DNA of 64,000 nucleotides from Camelus ferus (taxonomy: Eukaryota): assembly GCF_009834535.1 (NCBI RefSeq), contig NC_045696.1, forward strand, positions 102,674,001-102,738,000, written 5' to 3'. The position numbers and the translations under genes were made by a program. This document shows positions 25,964-39,250 of this stretch, one piece after another (the stretch's first letter is position 1; each line of letters opens with the position of its first letter). The notes below the pieces were generated by a model that saw nothing but the letters and a program-made list of their open reading frames with translations, was not told the DNA's origin and did no database searches.

Positions 25964-27097
25964 ATGCCGCGGCGCCTGCAGCCCCGGAGCGCGGGCACAA
26001 AAGGCCCGCCCGGCACGACCGCGGCGGCTTCAGAGGCCGCCTCGCGCCCCCACCCCTCGGCCCCCGGGGACCCTCCGGCATCCGCCAAGCCGCTGCTGCG
26101 CTGGGACGAGGTGCCCGACGACTTCGTGGAGTGCTTCATCCTGTCGGGCTACCGGCGGCTGCCGTGCACGGCGCAGGAGTGCCTAGCCTCGGTGCTGAAG
26201 CCTACCAACGAGACGCTCAACTTCTGGACGCACTTCATCCCGCTGCTGCTGTTCCTGAGCAAGTTCTGCCATCTGTTCTTCCTGAGCGGCCGCGACGTGC
26301 CCTTCCACCACCCATGGCTGCTGCCGCTGTGGTGCTACGCGTCGGGGGTGCTGCTGACCTTCGCCATGAGCTGCACGGCACACGTGTTCAGCTGCCTGTC
26401 GCTGCGCCTGCGCGCCGCCTTCTTCTACCTGGACTACGCGTCCATCAGCTACTACGGCTTCGGCAGCACGGTGGCATACTACTACTACTTGCTGCCGGGC
26501 CTGAGTTTGCTGGACGCCAGGGTGATGACCCCGTACGTACAGCAGCGTCTGGGCTGGCACGTGGACTGCACCGGCCTCATCGCCGCCTACCGCGCGCTCG
26601 TGCTGCCCGTGGCCTTCGTGCTGGCCGTGACCTGCACGGTGGCCTGCTGCAAGAGCCGCACTGACTGGTGCTCTTACCCGTTCGCGCTGCGCACCTTTGT
26701 CTTCATCATGCCCCTGAGCATGGCCTGCCCCATTATGCTCGAGAGCTGGCTCTTCGACTTGCGCGGCGAGAACCCCACGCTCTTCCTGCATTTCTACCGC
26801 CGCTACTTCTGGCTGGTGGTGGCGGCCTTCTTCAACGTGAGCAAGATCCCCGAGCGCATCCAGCCAGGCCTCTTCGACATCATCGGCCACAGCCACCAGC
26901 TCTTCCACATCTTCACTTTCCTCAGCATCTACGACCAGGTGTACTACGTAGAGGAGGGCCTGCGCCAGTTCCTCAAGGCGCCACCTGACGCGCCCACCTT
27001 CTTGGGCACCGTGGGCTACATGCTGTTGTTGGTCGTCTGTCTGGGGCTGGTCATCAAGAAGTTCCTCAGCAGCGCCGAATTCTGCAGTAAAAAGTGA
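25964..27097 (+). CDS. PAQR9: Progestin and adipoQ receptor family member 9 (membrane progestin receptor epsilon), 377 aa, intronless CDS
   Basis: ATG in GGCACCATGC context at 25964 to TGA at 27095-27097. Protein MPRRLQPRSAGTKGPP...EFCSKK has the PAQR/HlyIII motifs (FILSGYR, NETLNFWTH, SCTAHVF, LDYASIS, PERIQPGLFDIIGHSHQLFH) and multiple hydrophobic helices. Recognised as PAQR9. Confidence 0.97.
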   Translation: MPRRLQPRSAGTKGPPGTTAAASEAASRPHPSAPGDPPASAKPLLRWDEVPDDFVECFILSGYRRLPCTAQECLASVLKPTNETLNFWTHFIPLLLFLSKFCHLFFLSGRDVPFHHPWLLPLWCYASGVLLTFAMSCTAHVFSCLSLRLRAAFFYLDYASISYYGFGSTVAYYYYLLPGLSLLDARVMTPYVQQRLGWHVDCTGLIAAYRALVLPVAFVLAVTCTVACCKSRTDWCSYPFALRTFVFIMPLSMACPIMLESWLFDLRGENPTLFLHFYRRYFWLVVAAFFNVSKIPERIQPGLFDIIGHSHQLFHIFTFLSIYDQVYYVEEGLRQFLKAPPDAPTFLGTVGYMLLLVVCLGLVIKKFLSSAEFCSKK

Positions 27098-30000
27098 GCC
27101 TCCGCCTCCGAGGAGGCGGCCGGCTCAGCCTACCTGTTTGTTTGGAGTTTCTGTTGTTGCTGTTGTTGGTTTGTTTTCAAGTTTTGTTGTGTTTCCTTCT
27201 TTGCTCCAGGACGGTGCTGCAAAACCACAGGGAAAAATTCAAGGGGGTCTCAGTGCTTTGGGCCTTTGGAAGATGGAGGTGGGTTAATCAGGAGGGAGAG
27301 AGCAGCTGGTTCTTGCCCCTGAAAAAAAATTCAGGTGGTGTCTGTGACATCCAGGGATTTTTCTAAGGCAGCGAATAAAACCCCAAACATTTCGATTTTC
27401 CCGTCATCTTCTCTGCCAGAGGTAATAACAAGTAGCTCTTGTGAGGTCAGGCCTGCGGTAAAGACGGTAAGTAGACAAAATCCCTGGCTACTTCCATTTC
27501 AGTCTGAGGAATGCTTGGATTTGTCAAAGAATAGAGCTTTGTAGGACGCAAGCATGAAGACACAAACCCAGGGCTTAACCTACTAGAAAATGCATGGAAT
27601 GTGAACACACGTTAATTATTTCAAAATGTTTCTCATACGTTATTTAAATAGTAATATATACAACGATTTTTCGTAATTTATGAAAGCCCGTGATCTGCAC
27701 TGAATTTTCTTTGTCATGTAGTTTTGAGTTTTTGCAGCCCGTCTGCACTGCGTACTCTTGAACTGGACATCAGGGCAAGCTGCTTGAGCGTTCTCACTTT
27801 TTTAAACAGTATTTTTTGAAGGCCTGTGTGTGTCATGATATAACTGTGATTTCTCCTACCTTAGGAACTCTGGTTAAACTATTGGAAAGGAGCTCGGTTT
27901 GTATAGATCCCAGTTTCCTGTTTACTTTCATGTATTCCACAAATCCCATCCTATTTTTTTGTTTGTTTGTTTTTAATCTTAATTTTTCCTTCTCTACTAA
28001 TTTAAATTGCCACTGGAATAAATGTGCCTTTTGAAGCAATGCCCAAGTGACTGGTCCTCACACACAGCTTCTTGCATGGGGAGAGCAGTAGGAGTAAGCT
28101 GTTCGTATTTCCTTACAAATCAAGGTTTGACATTCCACCCAGGAGGGAAGGAAGGTGCTGTTGGTTGTCAGTTTGGGGTAGGACCGAAAGTGGCTTACCA
28201 GGACATGCAGAGCATTTGACTTCTCTGCAAGGGGAAGACGCCAGCCCACTACTGTGGCTGTGGTTCTTAATGCAGCCATCATGAAAGGTGAGAGGACACT
28301 GTTCTAGACTGAGCCCATCTAGCCTTGCTTAAAATTAAAATTGTAATATTCAGGAATAAATATGGCAGTTATATTATGAAAGTCAGGAGGATGTTACTTG
28401 GGTCGTAACTGAAAATTTTGAGCTGCATAAGGTTACCTTGGCCTAGTTAAGCACTAAACTCTTGTTTGGATCCAGACCATGGAGATGAATGGCAGGCACC
28501 CTAAATCGCTGGAAAATTAGTGAACACGCTCCTGAGATCCTGCCTGACAACCACATTGGCCAGTGTTACGAGAATATGCGCTAACCAGGACCTGAAGTGG
28601 CAACTCTAGATGAACACAAACCACGAAGTTGGCTAATTTAAATACTTATCGCACTTCCTGACAAGTTTTTTTGGTTAAGAGCCGAATAAGTCATTGAATG
28701 AGGAAGCCTTGACTTCAGTGGTATGATTTAGATAAAGCACATAAGGTGGATGAACACTTACCTCAGCAGCGGTAGGCTGGCACTCCTACCAAGACTGCTG
28801 TTTTTGTTTATGCTTTTAATCCCTACTGTATTTGTAAACAGGGAGGCTCAGCACAATTCCCCGGAGGAACCAGTATCCTTGTGTGTTCATTTGCATACAG
28901 AAGATAACTATATATGGCTATATTTAACTTAGGACTTCTTAATGGGATCACAAATAACACTTTGCACGTTTGCTGATGGGTGTCAGTGTCTCTTTCGCAA
29001 AGTGCAAGAGATTCTTTTCAGGTTACAGAGGCTGAATAATTGTGCCTGCCACGGTTGTTATTCCTCAGCTGTGAAGTAATTCAGTACCTGCATTCAAGGA
29101 CAACTGTGGAAATCAGGATGTTTCCACAGGCAAACTTAACTTGCATGTCATTGTTGTCTCTTCTGGAGCCCCAGAGACTGTTAGTTTGGTGACTAGAAAA
29201 ACAGGTTGAGGAGTATTTTGGATCCTCCTTGTAAAATGGGACCTTCTTTTTCAAAAGAAACTTTCTAGAGACAGACTGTTAGAAAAGAGTCGATGAGTTT
29301 GAGAACAGGAAATAAACCCTGTATCTGTCATTTTAAATTTTTGTTGGAGAACTTCCGGGTCCTCAGACGGAATTCTCTTCTTGCTCTGTGTCTTTGTCCT
29401 TAAGCAGAGGCCACTTAAGGATAAAATTATACCCATATCACTTTCCAGTGATTATGATGCATGAGCCCAGTAAGATGACACGCTTTTCTCCTGGAAGGTT
29501 TCAGCAGCGAAAGCTCACTTTACTTCCTAGACTTTTCCTTCCTGCACTTCCCCTTTCTCATTCCACCTTAGCTTTTATAGACCACACACAACATTGACAG
29601 AGGACATTCTAGTTGAAAACAGCGGTTTGGCTTCACTTCATGTCTCCAAATAGGTACTGTATACACTGCCTAAGACCAGGGATGATGTGTGCAGCTTTAG
29701 GTGTTATTTGCTAAATTTTATCGGATTTCTGTCAGGATAAATGATATTTTAGAATCAGCAAATACTTACTCTGTCTCCACATTCACATGGAGCTATCCAG
29801 GTATATTACATATTTCAGGGGTACTAGGGCAAGCTGGATAAAATCTCTTTTAAAATATTTTTTCACTCTGTCCATTTTGCCACATCCTTTAAAATTCAGG
29901 CTTGGTTGATTGTGGTTAGCTGTTTGAAATGTAGGACAAATGACTCCATTCTCTCTGTACCAACGATTTTGGCAGTAGAATTTTGAAGCCTATTATGTAA

Positions 30001-33000
30001 TGCATCTTCTTTTCCCGTGTTAGTCATGATCTAGATGACATCTCAAAGAGCAGAATCAGAGAGTCATGCCTGGGAAATGAGGGTGTTTGACTTCCATGCC
30101 TGTCACCCTGTGGGTTGGTCTCTGAGGTTGACTCAGGCTGATTTAGATGGCTAAGGAAGGTGGAGGGGGGGGTCCTTTCTTCTCTCGTTCTTGTATCTGC
30201 ACCTTCAGGTGAAGAGGATGACCTTCCCAGAGAGAGGAAGTGAGTTCTTTGGTCACGTCATGGCTGGCTTGTAAAAATAAACGTGATGTTTTCCACTGGC
30301 CATACACTTTCTATAAATAGCCCAGGAAGAAAGGATGGGGCTTCAGAGCTGGCCTGAGTGGCCCTCTTGTGTTTCCATTCATAAGTCCTGCCTCTAAGTG
30401 ATGGCAGTCAAAAACCATTTCACCTAATTTCATCATCATTTTGAAGACTGCAAAATTGGGGGATGGTGGTGATTATTAGTAATTTTTTTCTAATTTGGTG
30501 CTGAATTGGAGAGCCAACAGCAATAATAAACAGGGATTTCTAATCTTCAAATCTCTTCACAACTTTATTTAATCTGCACAAAGCTATAGCAGGAAACAAG
30601 TACAGGAGGAGTTATCTTCATTTCAAGCTTATACCGCTGGTCCAAGGTGACAGAGTTAGAATGTGGAGGTGATGGTGTGCTTCGTAGTTCGCATGGCTGT
30701 GATGCCTGGCCAAGTACATCAACACTAATTGGATATATATATTTTTTTCCCCTTAAATGACCCTTTAATTATAAAACAGAGCAAAGTAAAATATGGCTAT
30801 CCTTGAATTTAAGTTTTAAAATGTGATCAGCCACTTAGGTAGTTTTTATCTCCTTGGATTGTTCATCTGTTGAAGTTTGCCATCGCTGACTTCACTCTGT
30901 CAGGGTCCTTTCCATTGCTTTTCATTTGTTGGTTTATGTAACCCCTTTAGTGATCACTGAGCAGCTTTTGCATGTAAGGCAAGGCAAGGATCCATCCGTA
31001 CGATTACAGCGGTTACCCTTTTGTCTGCTGGTGGGAGAGACGTAGGTGCACCAGAAAGGCCCTCTGGCCAGGGACCAAGCTCTGGCCCTGGCCGTGAGCA
31101 CGGTGCCTAAGCCGCTGAGCTTGGTTGTTTCTCCGTCTGTTAGCTTAAGAGCTATGCATAGTATTTTATTTCAATTAACATGCTAACTTACCCACAGTCA
31201 ATTTCTTTATTTTTTTTTCTATCTGCTTCTAGGCCTATGTGAATTTTATTGGTAAAAATAACTAGAAAGGTCAATGTATAATCCACATGAAGGGAGAGCA
31301 GGCATACGTAAATGTTGAAAAATTTATTGTGACTCCTAATTAACAAAGACACTACTATCGATCACTTTTGGAAGGTTAGTAGTATTCACAGCACTATGAA
31401 GCAAGGTTCATCCAAAGTGCCTAAACTGCGACGTCATCATGAACTGTCTGCATTTCATAGATAGCATGATGAAGTTTTAAAAAATGCGAGCTAACAAACA
31501 AGCGAGCTTAAATGCTGCTATCTCCAAAGATTAGCTAACATTAACTCATGTTCTTTAGCCATTTCCCTCTTTTAAGGTCTTTGTGTCGTAACCTATGAAA
31601 ACTGTCATAGAAAAAAAATTAATCTGGAGGGAATTATAACGAAAAAGTATCAGATGTTAAAATAGGAAGAAGATGTGGGAAGCAGGGAACCAGGAGGATT
31701 AGATTCAAACAATTAGAGTGGGACAATAAGTTCAACCATAAACAATTTGATATTTTGTCCCTGGAAAAGCATGTGCACCTCCATGGCATTAGCACTCAAA
31801 TAGGCAAGCGAGGAATTCTGTTTGGCAGCCTGACCACATCCTGTAGCAATATACCTGAGCTCTAGTGCCTAGGTATATTTTGAGTAGCACACTTACCTCT
31901 GGTTTAATGTCCTTAATTTGTTTTGATAAAATTAAGGCATAAAGCAAAAAGGCATTAGGAGGTAGCACCAGCCAATTGTAAATCACCTTTTGAGTCGTTT
32001 TCTTGAAGGATTGCCAATATTCTCTGACATGTCGCCAGAGAAAAAGCGCACAAGTCTAGATAAACGGAAAAAAGGAAGCAGTCGTTGGTGGACGCTGAGC
32101 ACCACTGTATTCCATTGTGATGGGACGCACATCTTCCTACTGAAGATTTTATTCCTTCAATAATGATGAATAATTATTTCTTCATTGTGAAAATGGATGT
32201 CCACTCTTCTTAGTCACTATTCCAAAACTAGTACAAATTTTTATTGCCGTTAAAAAAGGACAAATGGATTGTATTTCTGGTTTGCAGATTTCTAACCAGT
32301 TGGTGGGCTTTTTTTTCAGACCAGCTTCTTAAGAGTCTGTGAGTGCGTTGCAGAATTAGAGTGTTTATTTATAGGTCGAGGCCAAAAATGCTCATTTGGC
32401 TGTTAATTGTGGCAGGATGTGACTTCGGAAGGCTCTGAACACATACCTAGATGCAGCAAAATGCTCACTTATTGACTATTTACCTCCATGGAGAACAGCT
32501 TTTGGTTTGAGCTTTTGAAAATGTTCTCCAATGTATTGTGCTTCTAAATGAAATGCATGATCTTTGATACTTCTTGTTCTTGAACAATCTCTGAAAGCTA
32601 TTGCAAACGTGGCACTTCTTGATTGTGCAGAATTATTCTCGAATGTGTAAAAGTGGCTGGCCACCTTTCTCATGCCTTATACTCCACCTAAAATATGCAA
32701 TAAGCACTCAAGTAGGAGCGGAGGGTCTTCAGTTGGTTTTTTAACCAAGCTGTAGAGACAGCCCTGTTCCTCACGGCTCACCCCAACATTGAGAAAGGAC
32801 ACCATGTAAATAAACCCTCGTTTCTGGATGAAGGGAGGACAGGGAAATGTTAATTTCATTTCTTCTGTTAGTTCCATCTCTAGTTAGAAAGCATGATCTG
32901 TTTTTAATATGCTGGATGCAAAAAAGAAAACTTAACAGGAAAAATTTTTAGAGAAGTATTCTAATTTTATATTTTAAAAGTTTATAGCAGCAGTTTGTTT

Positions 33001-34460
33001 GTAAAAACAGGCCTTAGCACATAGATGAGAACCGAGCTTTTTGGAAAGCCTCATCTTTTGTCCTGGGAGTTTAATCACCTTGAGCTCTTACCCAAATGAT
33101 AAAGACCTAGTAGGTCTTTAAAAATGTAAATAATGTATAGTTTCAAGAAGGATAAAACCCTTTTTTAAAAAAGAAGAAAATAGGTCAGTTATGTCATAGG
33201 TGTGTAACAAGGCTAAATTTAAGTCTTTTTAAAATTATAGTTAGAAACTTCATTAAATTCACTCTCCCAGCAAGGCTTAGCACAGAGGGTCTAATTTTCT
33301 ACAGAGCTTTTCTTTTATGGATGCTATGAGCCAAATGATTCCAACTAAGCAACTGAGTACCCAGGCAAGAAAGAAATGAGGCTCAGTTGACTTTAATGGG
33401 GGTGCAATCACAGTGAATATCACAGCCAGTGAAATGTGCTGCCGCAGACTCTCTGCTCCGTGTTTCTTTGGAGCAAAAAGAAGAATAATACCCCAGCCAT
33501 CATCCCACAGGCCAGGAAAATGCTGTCTGTGTTTCAGGGCTGGGGGACGGGTCGGGGGATGCCGTGGCCACGCTTTCCTCTGAGTAAAGCGCATGGAAGC
33601 CCTGAACTCTCCCCGTTTCAGCCTTCTACCAGACCATGTCCGTCAGCCCTGAAGCCTTCACTTTCCACAAACTCAGCCTTGAAGACGGAAGGTTTCTAAA
33701 AGGATGCCCCCTGTGTATTTAAGCCTTCTCAAACCATCTGCCTTAGGAAGTTCATCCATTTCTAAACGAAGGATTTAAACACAATTACTGTACTCAGATT
33801 TACCAGAATGTACAACCAGCAGGTCCCCTTTTGCAGTAAAGGGCATTAGTTGAAGGGCCATACTCATTTTTTTTTCCTCAGGGCAGAGGCAGAGGGAGGA
33901 TTTAATAGTGACCAAATAGAGACCTCCTGGTGTCAGTGTTTTGTTTTTTTTAAGTTCATTTAATGGTGATAGTGGAGGAAGAAGGAAGTAAAAGATGATG
34001 CAGGCACGAATAAAGAAACTGAACAATGTTTTCCCACTGTTTGCTAAATCAATTCTTCTTAGGCTACCTTAACTCCAGTCGCCACCTACATCCTAAACAG
34101 CCGTGTTTAGCAAGCTGGCGATGCTTTCTTGGGATGTGTGGACTTCCAGCAGGGACTACAGTGTGGTTTCAAACCGTTGGTGAATTCTGCCAGAAAAGCA
34201 TTATTTAATCATAATTCCACATTACCTGATAAATTAAGGGAAATATTCCATAGAAACAGATATCACTTGGTCAGTTCTGTGCATGTAACTGAACAAAATC
34301 GTGACTCATTTCTGTTGTATAGTTTGCTATGATTTTGGTTTTCTGAGACATTTGTTCCCTACGATCTTGAATATGAAAATCTGTAGAAACAATCAACTAT
34401 GCATTTTTTTGCTGAAAAAACAAATGTATGGAATAAGAATAAATTATTTGTAAGCATCGT
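27098..34460 (+). other. PAQR9: Probable long PAQR9 3' UTR with several candidate poly(A) signals
   Basis: About 7 kb with almost no recognisable interspersed repeats. AATAAA near 27374, near 28017 and at 34438-34443, the last followed by GT-rich sequence. Confidence 0.5.
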
Positions 34461-34939
34461 GTTTAGGACTGCATTTGTATGACTCTGTGTATGTTCAGAA
34501 GATATCCTTCAGCCAACAGATTATTCCTAAATTAATAGTATGTATGACACTAATAAACATGATAAAAAAAAAAAAGAAACAACAAGATTTTTCTTACCAA
34601 TATCAGCAGGCAGAAGGGAAGAATGTAAGTTTTTCCTGAAGAAGCACCGTTAGGATATTACCTTTACAGTTTTAGTTAAATGAAAAAGAAAAGTCATGAG
34701 TTTCTTTGAAACCATATCATCTAAGAAAATACTTACATTATCCCAGTAATGAAGCTTTTCCTGACACCTCACTATTTTTCAAGGGTACATGTGGTCCACA
34801 GACTTCTGTGCAAATGCAGCCTGCCCCAGATCCCTGTGATATGCGTAACTTTGCATCGTCTCGGTCCCAAATAATATTCGCAAGGGAGATTCAACTTCAG
34901 TTCTTAAGCTCTGTGGTGATTGCTAAGCCTTTAAATCAT

Positions 34940-37230
34940 GTTGACTTTTGTTTCAGGTAGGGGTTTTTGGTTATGAGGAACAGAAAAATCTCTGAATTCA
35001 GCATGTAAAGGTTCATAGGCAGGATACTGGGGAGTTCCCAGAATGCACAGAGCTGACCTCAGGAAGGTCAAAGACCAGGGCAGAACTGGAGACTCCAGCT
35101 GGGAACTCCTGCCCCAAGTCAGCGGCTCCCCAGGGTACTGCTACCAGAGAGAGCCAACTTCAGCTGTTTTCTGACCCTGTTATATCTGTCCTCAAATCAG
35201 ATTCCTGAGAGAGAGTATCTGATTGGTTTGGCTTAGGTCACATGGCTCTTCAGGTGACCGAGGGTACGGGTGCTTGTGATTTACAGCCCTTTCCAGAACC
35301 ATGGAGAGGGGAAAGATTATTTCCCCAAAGGAAAGGGTGATGGGCAGACAAAAACAACAGCTGTCCACGGCATCATCCATCCCCTTGGCTGTCTGTACAC
35401 AGACATACCTCTGTAATCCCCACTTCTGGGGAGCATGAGGACAAGGACGATGGGAGACTGAAGGTTTGGGCTGATGGGTACTATGTAAAGTACTTGTCCA
35501 AGCCCAGTGTCTTACCAATGTGGGCTTGCCGTCCAAGTTCTGGAGCACCTGGTTACAGAAGGAAGGAGGGAAATCCTGCCTGAAATCCAGAACTATAGCA
35601 ACCACAGCCCAGTGCCTGGCTGGTTAGCTCACACTTTCCATTCTCTGTATGCTTGCCGTGGAAAATACAGATGCTACCTGTGTAATCTGTGTTCTTGCCC
35701 CTTTTCCCCAAGTCAACCCGAAGTCCTCGTTTAGAGCTGCAGCCACCTCCCGACAGCCAGGATCTCCATGTTAATGAATTTCTTTCAGCAAGACATTCAG
35801 CCACCCCCCCCCCCAACTCAATGCACAATGGCAGAGAAGAACAGGATCACTGAGAGACAAACTCCCACTCACAACAGCATACACTTCTAATAGCATGCTG
35901 TGCCACCAGCACATGGCAGCTGTACCTCCCTTGATGTCGGAAGGACAAGCCCTCCATGAGCTGGCTGTGGGCTGAGCTCCTCAGGTTCCATGTGCTGGGA
36001 GGATCTCTGTCTACCTCGCTCCAAGGCCACTTCATCTCCTGGGCCTGTGCCAGATATCTGCCTGTTTGCCTTTGGATCCATTTCCCCATCTTTCCCATCA
36101 TTTGTTCTGTGCTGGAGCTGATTCTAGGCCTCCTTCCCTTGACTTTTTGTTAGGTCCTGCGAAGGGGAGAAATGGTGGGGGATTGGATGGAAGGAAGAAG
36201 GCAGGTATTTTTTTCCTACCCTTCTCTCCCCACTCTTCCTTTGTGGTTCCAATTTTTTCTGGAATCCCTAATCCTGACTGCTGCTGCCTGTCCAAATGTA
36301 ACCCTGAGAGAAGCCAGAACAAGAATAAAACCAGAACATGGAGTGGGGCCAAATAGAGTAAAGCACAAAGGGAGCCTTGATCAATCTGTGCCTGAAGCCT
36401 ACCCATTTTTAAACTTTTCCTTATGAGTCAATACATTCCCTTCGTTATACAATCTAGTTTAAGTTGTATTTATTGCATATAATCAGAAGCATCTTAACTG
36501 ATCCATATGGTTTGCTAACATCCTAGGAATGTATAATAGGATTTGCATACCCCCATTCCGCCTTCACTCAGACAATTCCATATTTTAGGGTCTGCATATT
36601 AGATGTTTGAAATAATTCATTCTTAAATTTCTATATTAGGGCTCAGTGCTGCCCAGGGACCCTCCTGTTCCCCATCGCAAGTATTTCATCTCTTTGATCC
36701 TCTCACTCCCACTTCTCAAATCTCTCATCCTAACCATTTCCATCTCTTCACACCCCATCTACTGCACATTGTCTCCTGTGTGTTCAACTACTTCTACTCA
36801 ATATGGTTTTTCCTCTGAATGTTTTAAAATGTGCTACTAGTCTCTCCCTTCTTCTACAAAAAGAGTCACCCTCTCCCCACTGTGTCACACTCTAGCAGCC
36901 ACCCCCTGCTCTCTCCTCCTTCACAGCCAGGCTTTTTGCAAGAGTGGTGTACACTTGTCTTTGTTTTCATACCTCCCACTCACTCCTTCACCCACTGCAT
37001 TCTGGCTTCATTAATCTCACTAGAACAGTTCTTACAAGATTTCCAACCTCCTCCTTATTGACTCCTGGGTGTTTCTTAGATCCTCTTTTCCATTCCCTTC
37101 TGCTGAAACTCTTCCCTTGGCTTCTGTGACCCCATACTCCCTGGATTCCCTCCTACCTCTGTGACTACTCTTTCATAGCCTCTTTTGCTGACTTCTCTTT
37201 CCCTGGTCATGCCTGACATCAATTTTCTCA
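34940..37230. mobile_element. Cluster of old MaLR/ERVL LTR and L2 fragments
   Basis: MLT1-like phrases (ctgattggtttggcttaggtcacatg) and an L2-like pyrimidine-rich segment at 36850-37200. Families uncertain. Confidence 0.45.
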
Positions 37231-38344
37231 AAGTGTGAACACAGACCATCTACGGTAGTATACCTTGGGGGCTCACTTAGCAGCCTGATTCTGCTACTTC
37301 CTGTCAGCTCTCTGACTCGCAGCAGAGGCATTGTCATTCTTGCCCCAGGAAGCACAACCTGCTACTCCTCCAGTCCTTCCAGTGGGTTTCTAGCCAACAA
37401 GTGCCTGTTAACTAATCCTCTTCAGCCTCAAGTAGCTTGTGTAGCTTGAGTGGATTCTGTTGTCTGCAACTGATGCCAAATTGATACATCAGCTAAGCAG
37501 AGAAAGATGGTGATGAGGAGTGCTGGAAATGGGAAGCTATAGCTCTTTATTCCCCAAACCAATCATTGGCAAGTAGTCTATTAAGCCTCTGATTCTTTAC
37601 CTTTAAGTCTCCTTGGAAGACAAAGCAGATTCTGGATCAGGCAGCTTCTTCAGAGAGTTAGATTCTATTTCAAAGGAAAAAAGGAACATGGGAAAAAGAA
37701 CTACCTAGGTTTTTTTTTTCCCTTAATGTTGACTTTAAATAGATGAAAGGAGCCATAATATGCATACTCAGCATATACATCAAGTAAAAGAAATCTAAAA
37801 TAACAAAACCCATAAAATAGTAAGAGACATTCCCATTTATCAGCCTAGTTTATATAATTTTTATATTGAGATTCAGCTCCTAATCACCAAAAACCCATTA
37901 AATATAAAAATACACAGAATTATAACATTGGAGAGGAAGCCTACAAGTGCCTGATGTAAAAAATTAATTGTAGTCCTCCATCCTAGTGAAAGGCACTCAG
38001 AAGTGAGCCAGCAGCTGCTTGGTTTTCTCTTTCCCTTGGCTTCCTTCTATCCCTGTAATGCATTCCCCCTCCTTTCTCTAGCAGTACCCTAAATTTCCTT
38101 TTAGGGAGAGTCCCTCTCTGAACCTTGGTGGGACTGCTATCCTTGGCTGGGGTGGGGAGGTGGGACTCGCATGTGACCCAAGGTAGGCCTGCAAGCCCGG
38201 AGCTTCTTTAGATTCTGTACTTACCACGACTTCCCTGCACATGCTTTCATGCAATTCTGTGAGCCACCCATAGTCTTCAATAAATTATTTCTTTTTTTCT
38301 TTTTATGTTAGCCAGAAGGTTTACATTTCCTGCAACTAAAGAAT

Positions 38345-38480
38345 TCTTTTGTTGTCGGTTTTGGAGGGAGAGGTAATTAGATTTTTTTTTTTTTTTTTAA
38401 TAGAGGTACTTGGGATTGAACCCAGGACTTCATGCATGTTAAGCACCATGCACCTTATCACTGAGTTATACCCTCCCCCT
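38345..38480 (-). mobile_element. tRNA-derived SINE (vic-1-like), TSD CAACTAAAGAAT
   Basis: Antisense SINE body. TSD at 38333-38344 and 38486-38497. Confidence 0.88.
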
Positions 38481-38506
38481 GCCTCCAACTAAAGAATATT
38501 GACTGA

Positions 38507-39250
38507 GGACTTCCAGTGTCTGGTCTGGCATGTAAGAAGCTTACAAAATGTCACTCTGTCTTAACAACAACTAAAAATATGAATAAAACAAAATGTCAAC
38601 AACTCTTCTTGGATTTATCGGAGAAGTGAGATTATGGGGCAAACCACTGTCCTCAAAAGTAGAGATCCAGACAGGTGGATACAGAGAATTAAAACTTATC
38701 ACGTTAGGAATCCACAGTCAGAAACTTCTGTGGGAACAAGTACTGGGTTCCTTTTACTGATGCACATCAAGTCTAGTTTTAAATTAAAAATTACAAGGCT
38801 ACTAGAAGGCAAAAACAGTTTGAAGGGCCAGAAGCAAGCATCAGAACCAGACTCAGTTAAGGCAGGAGTGTTGGAATTCTCAGACTAGGAATTTAAAGCA
38901 ATGATGCTAAAGGCTCTAATAGAAAAAGTCAACAACATGCAAGAACAGATGGCTAATTGTAAGCAAAGAGATGGAAATTCTAAGAAAGAATCAAAAATAA
39001 ATGCTAGAAATCAAAAACATTGTGACAGAAGTGAAAAAAATGCCTTTGATGGACTCATTAGCAGACTAGACACTGCTCAGGAAAGAATCAATGAGCTTGA
39101 GGATACATCCATAGAAACTTCCAAAACTGAAAAGCAAAGAGACTGGAGAAAAAGATGGAAAAGAATATCCAAGAACTCTGGGACAACCACAAAAATTGTA
39201 ACATATGTGTAATGGGACGACCAGAGAAAAAGGAGAGAAAGGAACAGAGC
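38507..39250 (+). mobile_element. Old L1M 5' UTR/ORF1 fragment
   Basis: ORF1 coiled-coil-like translation (KALIEKVNNMQEQM; KNAFDGLISRLDTAQERINELED). Confidence 0.8.

Larger units (their letters stand above)
24820..27125. promoter_or_regulatory. CpG island / PAQR9 promoter extending across the CDS
   Basis: Very high GC and CpG density relative to the flanks, GC boxes, and an NRF1-like GCGCAGGCGCG near 24992. Confidence 0.9.

Noticed and set aside
26131..26988. Overlapping alternative-frame and antisense ORFs (177, 241 and 106 aa)
   Set aside because: Expected shadows of a GC3-rich CDS; no independent evidence.
38901..39212. 103-aa coiled-coil ORF
   Set aside because: Frameshifted remnant of L1 ORF1, not a host gene.
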